In this document: piece after piece, positions 56,430 through 64,000 of the stretch
Numbering within the stretch: the stretch's first letter is position 1
Layout: the number at the start of each line of letters is the position of its first letter
Origin: Bacteroidota bacterium
GTDB lineage: Bacteria > Bacteroidota > Bacteroidia > Chitinophagales > UBA8649
DNA length: 64,000 nucleotides
Assembly (NCBI GenBank): GCA_002862745.1
Contig: PKDX01000002.1
Location: forward strand, 12,707 to 76,706
Reading direction: 5' to 3'
The notes under the pieces: generated by a model
What the model was told of the DNA's origin: nothing
Databases searched by the model: none
The model's input: the letters and a program-made list of their open reading frames with translations, nothing else
Program-made: the position numbers and the translations under genes

Positions 56430-57686
56430 ATGTTGCGCATTCTATTTCGCAGTCTATTAACCGGTTTTCTTGAGATCTGGTCCCATAAACTTCGATCTAC
56501 CTTGTCCTTTTTTGGAGTCTTCATCGGCGTACTCTGTATTATGACCGTGTTCGCTTCTGTCGATTCCTTAGAGCGCAACATATCCGGCAGTATAAATTCT
56601 CTTGGAAATGATGTGGTCTATGTGCAAAAATGGCCATGGGATTTTGGAGAAGGTTATCCCTGGTGGGAGTATATGAACCGACCCGAAGTCAGTGAGGACG
56701 AATACCTTGCCATCCGCCAGCGTATCCGTTCTTCCCAAGCCATATGTTACCTCGAGGTCATTGAAAACCAGCAAGCAATTTCATCATGGACTACCATGGA
56801 TGCTGTCAATCTTGTCAGTGTATCAGAAGGCTATGACAACATACGCAGTCTGCAGCTGACTAGCGGAAGATTCCTTAGTCAACGAGAATTTAACAACGGA
56901 GAACCCGTCGCTATTCTCGGTGGAAGTATTGCATTAGAGCTTTTTCCTAAAGCCGTCAGTGCAATAGGACAAAAACTCAAGATGAATAATGCAGAGGTTC
57001 GTGTCATCGGTGTGTTGCAGGAGGAAGGTCAAGATATTCTTAATCTTAGTTTAGATAATGACATTATTGTATCCAATGCCTTTATCAATAAAACCATGGG
57101 AAGGGAAACCTTTGGAAGTCCGCTCATCATGGCCAAAGTGAAGGAAGGACAATCCATGGATGAGGCCAAAGCAGAACTAGCCTTTCTTATGCGCTCTGTG
57201 CGTTACCAAAATATCCAATCCAAAGACGACTTTGCGATCAACGAAACAAGTTTATTGTCCAATGCTTTCACCAAAGTGTTTGAAGTGGTCAATCAAGCGG
57301 GACTTTTCATTGGGATTTTTTCCATCCTTGTTGGCGGCATTGGCATTCTCAACATCATGCTAGTTTCCGTTCGTGAGCGCAGAGTCTATATAGGCATAAA
57401 AAAAGCATTAGGTGCCAAGCGCTATATTATCATGCTTGAGTTCTTGATTGAGGCCGTCATGCTTTGTTTGATCGGAGGGGGCTTAGGGATGATTGCGAGC
57501 TATGGCTTCTTACATATTGCCAATCTTGTTATCGCACAAAGTGGCGCATCGATCGTGCTGAGCCTTTCCCAGCAGAATGTTGTGATCGGTCTTGGCTTAT
57601 CTACAGCCATTGGTCTGCTAGCAGGAGCTATACCCGCTTACTTAGGAGCTTCTCTTGACCCTGTGAAAGCAATACGTAAAGTCTAA
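56430..57686 (+). CDS. MacB/FtsX-family ABC permease
   Basis: LRSTLSFFGVFIGV, GGIGILNIMLVSVRER, GIKKALGA, FLIEA, LDPVKAIR. Confidence 0.92.
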   Translation: MLRILFRSLLTGFLEIWSHKLRSTLSFFGVFIGVLCIMTVFASVDSLERNISGSINSLGNDVVYVQKWPWDFGEGYPWWEYMNRPEVSEDEYLAIRQRIRSSQAICYLEVIENQQAISSWTTMDAVNLVSVSEGYDNIRSLQLTSGRFLSQREFNNGEPVAILGGSIALELFPKAVSAIGQKLKMNNAEVRVIGVLQEEGQDILNLSLDNDIIVSNAFINKTMGRETFGSPLIMAKVKEGQSMDEAKAELAFLMRSVRYQNIQSKDDFAINETSLLSNAFTKVFEVVNQAGLFIGIFSILVGGIGILNIMLVSVRERRVYIGIKKALGAKRYIIMLEFLIEAVMLCLIGGGLGMIASYGFLHIANLVIAQSGASIVLSLSQQNVVIGLGLSTAIGLLAGAIPAYLGASLDPVKAIRKV

Positions 57687-58618
57687 GAGTTTACATCTAA
57701 GTCGTCTGGACGTAAGACATATGTTCCCTGTGTTGAACAAGCTGCCTTTCCAGCTAGAAGACAACGATGTAAAACGTCTTCAATGCCCATAGTGTTCTTC
57801 GTAGCGTCAATCACTGCAGCAAAGACAGAATCACCAGCCCCACAGACATCGGTTATTGAATGAGAGAGCGCCGATTGATAATGAAAGGTGTCGTTTCGAT
57901 CCAAAGCCGCAATACCCGCTTCAGACAGCGTCACAATAAGTTGATCACATTGCAACTTGTTTTTAGACTCTCTCATCACCTCTTCTAAATTGGTCAAGTC
58001 TGTTAAAGCGGCAACATCTATTTGATTTGCCTCGGCTAACTCTTTGCGATTTGGCTTAAAGATGGAGACCGCTTTGTAGTGCCAAAAGTTGTCTTTTTTG
58101 GGATCTACCACAACCTCTACTCCAGATGCCTTGGCCATAGATAGAATGCCTTTAATCAAATCAGGAGTCAAAAGCCCTTTGTTATAATCTTGTAACACAA
58201 GAATATCCAACTCTTTTTTCATCTCCTCCTCGACCTTGCGAAGTACATCTTCAACTACATCCATCTCAATAGCTAGTGTGCTTTCTACGTCAACACGCAT
58301 CTGATAGACTCCATCGACTAGAATACGTTGTTTGTGCGTAGTAGGTCTCCCATCCGAAAAGGAAATCACCTCGAGGTTTTTGTAAGTAGCCAACAAGTTT
58401 GATAAACGCTCGCCTTGCGCGTCTCTGCCAACTAGCCCCATAAGAGAAACGTCCCAGCCTAAGCTGTGCAAGTTAAGGACTACATTGGCCGCTCCACCAG
58501 CAACATAATTTGTTGAATCATGAAGAAGTATTGGTGCATCAGCTTCCGGAGATTGCCTTGTCTTTGTTCCTTTAAGGAAACTATCCAAGATGATATCGCC
58601 AAGAACTAATGCACGCAT
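57683..58618 (-). CDS. PfkB-family kinase, RfaE/HldE kinase domain (heptose-7-phosphate kinase-like)
   Basis: LGDIILD, GGAANV, RPTTHKQR, VLQDYNKG, VDPK, KPNRKE, DVCGAGDSV. Confidence 0.85.
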   Translation of the reverse strand: MRALVLGDIILDSFLKGTKTRQSPEADAPILLHDSTNYVAGGAANVVLNLHSLGWDVSLMGLVGRDAQGERLSNLLATYKNLEVISFSDGRPTTHKQRILVDGVYQMRVDVESTLAIEMDVVEDVLRKVEEEMKKELDILVLQDYNKGLLTPDLIKGILSMAKASGVEVVVDPKKDNFWHYKAVSIFKPNRKELAEANQIDVAALTDLTNLEEVMRESKNKLQCDQLIVTLSEAGIAALDRNDTFHYQSALSHSITDVCGAGDSVFAAVIDATKNTMGIEDVLHRCLLAGKAACSTQGTYVLRPDDLDVNS

Positions 58619-58619
58619 A

Positions 58620-59822
58620 TCAACTAAAATACGGAGCCAAGCGACTTACCATTTTTTCTAATTGTTCAATGGATGCCGCATACGATATGCGCACAGCATT
58701 GGGCTCTCCGAAGCCTGAACCACCTACCAAGGCAACATCCAATTGGTCTAACAACAATTCTGCTAGTCCATCTCCTGATGTAATCTCTTTACCATTGATG
58801 GCCGACCCAAGTGCTCCTTGAATATTGATAAACAAGTAAAAAGCTCCATCTGGTTTTATGTAGGACCATCCTTTAAAATCTTTTAGTGCATCAAGCAAAT
58901 AGTCTCTTCGCTCAATAAAAGCGTCACGCATGGCCAATGTCTCATCTAGAGGTCCAAGTAAGGCCGCTTCAGCCCCCTTTTGAGCCGCGGCAGATGTGCC
59001 CGAGGTAAATTGCCCCTGAAGCTTACTACAAGCTTTTACAACATCTTTTGGACCAGCTAAATAGCCAATACGCCAACCTGTCATACAATATCCTTTCGAC
59101 ATACCATTCACTATTAAGACTTGGTCTCGAATAGCTTGATTTTTTGCAATACTCGCATGGGGCTTTCCTGTAAAATTGATATGCTCATAAATCTCATCGG
59201 TCAATACCCATAACGAAGGATGTTTTTCAATAACCTTGGACAGGGCATCCAATTCCTCTTGAGAATAACACATCCCAGAGGGATTACTAGGGCTACTAAA
59301 AATGAGCATCTTAACAACCTTCCCTGAGGCCGAAAGACTAGCCAAGGTTGACTCAAGTTGAGCTGGAGTAATCTTAAACTGTTGATCGATACCCGTAGGC
59401 ATAGGAAAGACTTCCGCCCCCGCCATTTTTGCTATACCCGCATAACTCACCCAATACGGGACAGGAAGCAAAACAACCTCCCCAGGATTTACGAGGGTCA
59501 ATACCGCATTGGCAATCGATTGCTTAGCTCCAGTCGACACAATGATCTCATCAGGAGCATATGAGAGATTATTTTGCGTTGAAAGTTTAGTTGAAATAGC
59601 CTCTCTCAGACTGAGCAATCCTGGAACCGGTGTATACTTCGTAAAACCATCTCGTAGTGCCTTGGCACCCGCTTCTACTACAAAATCAGGGGTTGGAAAA
59701 TCAGGTTCTCCCAAGGTCAGATTGATCACCTCTTTTCCTGCTTGGCGTTTTTCACGCGCCATTTGAGCCATCTTAATGGTAGATGACGTAGGAACGCGTT
59801 GGATGAGTTTGGAGAACGTCAT
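58620..59822 (-). CDS. aspC: Class I PLP-dependent aminotransferase (aspartate aminotransferase)
   Basis: LTLGEPDF, GAKQS, PSNPSG, DEIYE, NGMSKGYCMTGWRIGY, VRISYA. Confidence 0.9.
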   Translation of the reverse strand: MTFSKLIQRVPTSSTIKMAQMAREKRQAGKEVINLTLGEPDFPTPDFVVEAGAKALRDGFTKYTPVPGLLSLREAISTKLSTQNNLSYAPDEIIVSTGAKQSIANAVLTLVNPGEVVLLPVPYWVSYAGIAKMAGAEVFPMPTGIDQQFKITPAQLESTLASLSASGKVVKMLIFSSPSNPSGMCYSQEELDALSKVIEKHPSLWVLTDEIYEHINFTGKPHASIAKNQAIRDQVLIVNGMSKGYCMTGWRIGYLAGPKDVVKACSKLQGQFTSGTSAAAQKGAEAALLGPLDETLAMRDAFIERRDYLLDALKDFKGWSYIKPDGAFYLFINIQGALGSAINGKEITSGDGLAELLLDQLDVALVGGSGFGEPNAVRISYAASIEQLEKMVSRLAPYFS

Positions 59823-59842
59823 GGTTAGTGTTGAGGATTAGT

Positions 59843-60208
59843 CTACAGTGCTTCTTTTACGGATGCTTTGTAAACACCGTCTTTAAAGGCACCAACAACT
59901 TGAGTCATTGAGTCTGGAGTTATAGAAGCATTGTCAAAGCGCACAAAAGCCGTTTGATTCTCAAAATCCACAACACAGGAACTTACCCCAGTGCAGGAAG
60001 CAAGTTTCTCTTCAATAGGCTTAGCACATCCCGAAGGACACATCATACCCTCAATAGAGAGAAGTGCAGAGTCGTTCGCAGCGACTTCTTCATTCGGTGT
60101 TTCAGATTCGTTAGGATCTGGCGTATTACCTGACTCGCTGGTGCAACTCAGAAGAAGAAATGATGCTGAAATCAGGAAGGAACAAAGGAAACTAGTAATT
60201 TTTCTCAT
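59843..60208 (-). CDS. Heavy-metal-associated (HMA) domain lipoprotein
   Basis: Lipobox LLSC; IEGMMCPSGC (CxxxC), VDFENQTAFV. Confidence 0.8.
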   Translation of the reverse strand: MRKITSFLCSFLISASFLLLSCTSESGNTPDPNESETPNEEVAANDSALLSIEGMMCPSGCAKPIEEKLASCTGVSSCVVDFENQTAFVRFDNASITPDSMTQVVGAFKDGVYKASVKEAL

Positions 60209-60248
60209 AGCGGTTTTATCAATAGGTGTTTGCTTCAAAAGTAGGCCT

Positions 60249-60947
60249 TTACCCTAAACCTTTTGAAAAACTATCGAAACCTTTTTCACATCCTGCAACC
60301 CATGTGCATAAGTCTTGACCAAAGTCATGTTTAGCGCGATGTTCCACCGCACTTGCCCAATCTAAATCAACGTCTAGAAACCGGGCACAAAACAATCGCT
60401 CCGGCAGGATTTTGTCCAAAATAAACATCTGCTCTTTTACCTGGTTTGGTCGGGATAAATGTTGACTCTCTTTGCACCACGAGAGACGATGAAGATAGAC
60501 ATCAAGTGAATCCACATCATGTACATGACTATTTAGTCGATCGACCAAGGTATTATAGGAACCGGATAGGGCCTCACCCCAATGGGACGACGCATCCTTT
60601 TGATTTAATAGCCATCCATCAAGCATTAACTCTAGCCATACATGGGCAATCGTATGGCAACGCTTCCAACCTAAAAGCTTCGCATATTTTTGCACATCTT
60701 CAGTGATAGATATACAAGCCCTTTGGAAGACATCCAGATGATGAAAATGCTGATCCAAATGAATATGCCATTGAACACCAACCAGCCAATCCTTTGCGAT
60801 AGGATCACTTTGCATATTGCCTACATTGAGTTGTGATGAATTATATACCCTCGTAAATTTTGGCCAAAGATCGGGAGCAATTACCCCATGAGCCGTGTAG
60901 GGTGAGCAAGATTCAGGAAGGGTAACTAAGTGACTGTAGATATTCAT
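60249..60947 (-). CDS. AcpH (ACP phosphodiesterase)-like metallo-hydrolase
   Basis: MNIYSH, PD, GVQWHIHLDQHFH, AHVWLELMLD resemble the AcpH/phospholipase-C metal ligand pattern; divergent. Confidence 0.55.
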   Translation of the reverse strand: MNIYSHLVTLPESCSPYTAHGVIAPDLWPKFTRVYNSSQLNVGNMQSDPIAKDWLVGVQWHIHLDQHFHHLDVFQRACISITEDVQKYAKLLGWKRCHTIAHVWLELMLDGWLLNQKDASSHWGEALSGSYNTLVDRLNSHVHDVDSLDVYLHRLSWCKESQHLSRPNQVKEQMFILDKILPERLFCARFLDVDLDWASAVEHRAKHDFGQDLCTWVAGCEKGFDSFSKGLG

Positions 60948-60999
60948 GTTCTAATCCGGTGCGAAAATATTTACCTTGCAGGAAAAAGGTGCAATAATT

Positions 61000-62292
61000 A
61001 TGCATAAAGATGTTTTTAAAGAGTTGGAATGGCGAGGGATGATTCATAATCATATCCCCGGTACGGCTGAGCGATTAGCAGAGAAGCCCACCAAGGTGTA
61101 TATCGGTTTTGACCCGACCTCTGATTCTCTGCATGTAGGAAGTTTAGTACCTATTATGATTTTAGCACACCTACAACAAGCCGGGCATACTCCGGTTGCC
61201 CTTATTGGCGGCGCGACGGCCATGGTAGGTGATCCATCGGGAAAGAGCAAGGAAAGAAATCTTCTCACGGCTAAGGAAATCCAATACAACATGTTTGGCA
61301 TTCGCAAACAACTCCAACAATTTCTTGATTTCGAATCCGAAGACAATGCAGCAGTAATCGTTAACAATACCGAATGGCTTGGAAAGTTTAACGTCTTAGA
61401 CTTTATAAGAGATGTCGGGAAAATGGTCACAGTAAATACAATGATGGCCAAAGAATCGGTAAAAAAACGGATTGAGACTGGCATATCCTTCACGGAATTC
61501 ACTTACCAATTATTACAGGGATATGATTTTCTCCATTTGTTTAAAACGATGGACTGTGAAATCCAAGCAGGTGGATCAGACCAATGGGGAAACATCACCA
61601 CGGGAACGGAAATGATTCGCAAGGAATTAGGCAAATCAGCCTATGCCTTTACTTGTCCCTTGGTGACTAAATCTGATGGAGGTAAATTCGGCAAAACAGA
61701 ACAAGGAAATGTTTGGCTTGATCCTAAACGTACCTCGCCCTATGCCTTTTATCAATTTTGGCTAAATGCGAGTGATGAAGATGCTACAATGTATATCAAG
61801 CTATTCACCATGCTTGACCGCAAAGCGATCGAAGATTTAATTGCCGCGCATGAACAGGAACCGCACCTTCGAGTACTGCAAAAAGAACTCGCGAAAAACA
61901 TAACGACTGCAGTTCATGGTGCGGAAGGTCTACAAAAGGCGGAACGCGCTACGCGACTACTTTTTGGAAAGTCGGAACGAAGTGATTTAGACGCATTTAC
62001 TGCTCAGGAGTTAAGACAGATATTCGATGGAATGCCTCAGTTTGAATTGGCTGAAGATATTCTAGAAATTGGACTTTCTATGGATGAGATGCTCAGCGGA
62101 GCAACCGCAATTTGCGAATCGAAGTCAGACGCGCGGCGAGCACTTAAGGAGAATTCAATCCAAGTCAATAAAAACCGGATCGGTCCTGATTACGTCTGTA
62201 CAAAGAAAGATGTTATGTCAAATGGAATTATTCTCATTCAACGTGGCAAAAAGAAATATTTCTTGGTAACGGTGGCGAACAACCCGGAGTAA
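61000..62292 (+). CDS. tyrS: Tyrosine-tRNA ligase
   Basis: YIGFDPTSDSLHVG, FTYQLLQGYDF, GGSDQWGNI, KFGKT, S4 domain. Confidence 0.97.
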   Translation: MHKDVFKELEWRGMIHNHIPGTAERLAEKPTKVYIGFDPTSDSLHVGSLVPIMILAHLQQAGHTPVALIGGATAMVGDPSGKSKERNLLTAKEIQYNMFGIRKQLQQFLDFESEDNAAVIVNNTEWLGKFNVLDFIRDVGKMVTVNTMMAKESVKKRIETGISFTEFTYQLLQGYDFLHLFKTMDCEIQAGGSDQWGNITTGTEMIRKELGKSAYAFTCPLVTKSDGGKFGKTEQGNVWLDPKRTSPYAFYQFWLNASDEDATMYIKLFTMLDRKAIEDLIAAHEQEPHLRVLQKELAKNITTAVHGAEGLQKAERATRLLFGKSERSDLDAFTAQELRQIFDGMPQFELAEDILEIGLSMDEMLSGATAICESKSDARRALKENSIQVNKNRIGPDYVCTKKDVMSNGIILIQRGKKKYFLVTVANNPE

Positions 62293-62324
62293 AATGGCCA
62301 ATCTAGGCTCGGGACTAGGGGCAG

Positions 62325-62546
62325 CTAGTACTCTTCTTCATCAAAGAAGAAATCATCCTTAGTAGGATAATCAGGCCATATATCTTCAATGCTTTCATAG
62401 ACTTCATCATCGTCTTCCAATTCTTGAAGATTCTCTACGACCTCGACGGGTGCTCCAGTACGAATGGCAAAATCAATAAGATCGTCCTTTGACGAAGGCC
62501 AAGGTGCTTCTTCTAAGTGAGTCGCTAATTCTAATGTCCAAAACAT
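62325..62546 (-). CDS. DUF2795-family small acidic protein
   Basis: MFWTLELATHLEEAPWPSSKDDLIDFAIRTGAP...EDIWPDYPTKDDFFFDEEEY. Confidence 0.88.
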   Translation of the reverse strand: MFWTLELATHLEEAPWPSSKDDLIDFAIRTGAPVEVVENLQELEDDDEVYESIEDIWPDYPTKDDFFFDEEEY

Positions 62547-62562
62547 ACGATACGTTTTCAGC

Positions 62563-62570
62563 CAAAAATA
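62563..62570 (-). promoter_or_regulatory. -7 promoter element TATTTTTG for DUF2795
   Basis: Exact TAnnTTTG 16 nt upstream of the ATG. Confidence 0.6.
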
Positions 62571-62635
62571 GGATTTCCAACGAATCAAACAAGTTCAGAA
62601 TCCACACGAATGTGCATATCTTCTCTAAATACAGG

Positions 62636-63181
62636 CTAAGCCTCCCATTTTCGCTCCTCGACACCTTGTTCCTTGGCAAGTTGACGACTCAGTACAAAAA
62701 GGTAATCAGATAGTCTATTTAGGTATTGTATGATAAAGGCTACTGAATCAAGTGATGAATCAAGGCCAACCACACGTCGTTCCGCTCTTCGGCATACGCT
62801 GCGTGCCACATGACAGTATGCATTACTCAGGCAACCACCAGGGAGAATAAAGTTTTTTAAAGGAGGTAACTCGTTGGTGAGTTCATCTATTTCATTTTCT
62901 AATCGCTTAATCTCTAATGGATTTAACTCGGGTAAAAACGCTGACTTTGGGTTATCCAAGGAAGCAAGATGACTACCGATACGAAACAACATATCCTGAA
63001 CGCTAAGCAGTCCGTCCACAGATAAATCCATCTGTCCCATATGCTCTATAACAACAGCCAGAACGCTATTTAACTCATCGACCGTACCATAGGCCTCAAC
63101 GCGCAGGTCAGCCTTGGAAACTCGACTTCCTCCGAATAAACCGGTTTCTCCTTTATCCCCTGTTTTTGTGTAGATTTTCAT
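62636..63181 (-). CDS. Cob(I)alamin adenosyltransferase (PduO-type)
   Basis: MKIYTKTGDKGETGL, EAYGTVDELNS, FILPGG, ARSVCRRAER, YLNRLSDYLF. Confidence 0.93.
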   Translation of the reverse strand: MKIYTKTGDKGETGLFGGSRVSKADLRVEAYGTVDELNSVLAVVIEHMGQMDLSVDGLLSVQDMLFRIGSHLASLDNPKSAFLPELNPLEIKRLENEIDELTNELPPLKNFILPGGCLSNAYCHVARSVCRRAERRVVGLDSSLDSVAFIIQYLNRLSDYLFVLSRQLAKEQGVEERKWEA

Positions 63182-63885
63182 GACAAACTCAATGATTTTT
63201 TAGTCAAGACTTCGTGGCGTTCAATACGTCCGTCTTTAAGATGAATAATGCGTTGGGCATATTCCGCAATTTCCCGTTCATGTGTAACAACAACAATCGT
63301 GTTGCCTTGGGCGTTCACTTTCGTCAACATTTCCATAATTTCTTGAGCAGTAGTACTATCAAGATTTCCCGTAGGTTCATCGGCCAAGACTAACGAAGGC
63401 TGATTAGCTAGGGCTCTTGCTATAGCAACTCGCTGACGTTGACCACCAGACAACTGATTGGGTTTGTTTTTCAACCGATCGCCTAAGCCAACTAACTCAA
63501 GCATTTCTTGGGCACGCGCTCGACGCTGTTTACTCGAAATACCAGCATAAACCAATGGCAAGGCTACGTTATCCAAACTAGACATCCGGGGCAATAGATT
63601 AAAGCTTTGAAAAACAAATCCAATTTCCGTATTACGAATTTCAGAAAGCTGCCGATCGCGCATAGACCCCACATCCTTTCCGTTTAATGCATACTTTCCA
63701 GAAGTTGGGCTATCAAGACAACCCAGAACATTCATCAAGGTGGATTTACCAGAACCTGAGGGGCCCATTAGCGCAACGAATTCGTTTTGATGAATGGATA
63801 AATCCACGCCATCCAAGGCATGAATATCTACTCCTCCAAGACGGTAAGATTTACGAATATTCTCAAGAACGATTAGAGCACTCAT
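63178..63885 (-). CDS. ABC ATP-binding protein (LolD/MacB type)
   Basis: GPSGSGKST, GFVFQSFNL, LSGGQRQRVAIARAL, LADEPTGNLD, VVTHE. Confidence 0.93.
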   Translation of the reverse strand: MSALIVLENIRKSYRLGGVDIHALDGVDLSIHQNEFVALMGPSGSGKSTLMNVLGCLDSPTSGKYALNGKDVGSMRDRQLSEIRNTEIGFVFQSFNLLPRMSSLDNVALPLVYAGISSKQRRARAQEMLELVGLGDRLKNKPNQLSGGQRQRVAIARALANQPSLVLADEPTGNLDSTTAQEIMEMLTKVNAQGNTIVVVTHEREIAEYAQRIIHLKDGRIERHEVLTKKSLSLS

Positions 63886-64000
63886 TGCCCTTTAATCACT
63901 TTAGGCACTTTAAAATAGGTCCCATCATGACTTGGCGCACTGCGGAAGACATCCTCTTTTGCCAGAGTTGGCGCCGTCTCATCCGACCGGAGACATCCTT
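63882..64000 (-). CDS. gatC: Asp/Glu-tRNA amidotransferase subunit C (3' part, runs off the window)
   Basis: Hand translation ..LRSDETAPTLAKEDVFRSAPSHDGTYFKVPKVIKGQ*, a typical GatC C-terminus; ATGA overlap with the ABC gene. Confidence 0.85.
   Translation of the reverse strand, partial: GCLRSDETAPTLAKEDVFRSAPSHDGTYFKVPKVIKGQ

Noticed and set aside
14102-61000. Longest-ORF starts in the track for pyrF, lipB, porP1, HD, tsaE, mtaB, upp, lysS, xth, motB-like, menB, queA, HMA and tyrS
   Set aside because: The extensions overlap upstream genes or promoter boxes and lack family similarity; downstream starts fit TAATG/ATGA coupling, signal peptides or the -7 boxes

Overview
64 kb of housekeeping-rich chromosome from a Bacteroidota bacterium. 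The assignment rests on type IX secretion genes (porX, two porP/porE-like pairs, a T9SS-cargo protease), the lpxC-fabZ fusion, and TAnnTTTG-type promoters. The genome is very compact, with many TAATG/ATGA junctions and convergent 3' overlaps. There are about 70 CDS and one tRNA-Pro(UGG). No CRISPR, transposase, integrase or prophage was seen. Main blocks in order: miaB-bEBP-lptE-TPR-secG; groES-groEL; GT9; porP/porE-like cassette 1; repeat protein-mrp-nifU-pyrF-TPR-pspC-hyp-lipB; trhO; porP/porE-like cassette 2; a TonB-type receptor; HD-lpxD-lpxC/fabZ-lpxA-ABC; M43 protease-porX-tsaE-ald-like-PAP2; mtaB-lgt; yceI; upp; a beta-helix plus diheme cytochrome pair; a PAS kinase; fadD; tRNA-Pro; lysS-xth-pheS; radical SAM; menB; queA-mltD; tyrS; gatC-ABC-pduO-DUF2795. 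The most interesting signal is non-coding. A sigma54-type -24/-12 promoter and a TGnCA-N3-TGnCA-like element lie in front of groES and again in front of yceI. A perfect copy of that element overlaps the promoter of the operon encoding a sensor-less sigma54 activator (bEBP). Together these suggest an autoregulated sigma54/bEBP chaperone-envelope stress regulon (inference). Several small genes absent from the ORF track were also found, including a 45-aa polyacidic lipoprotein with its own promoter and terminator. Several start codons were re-assigned downstream of the ORF-track starts.
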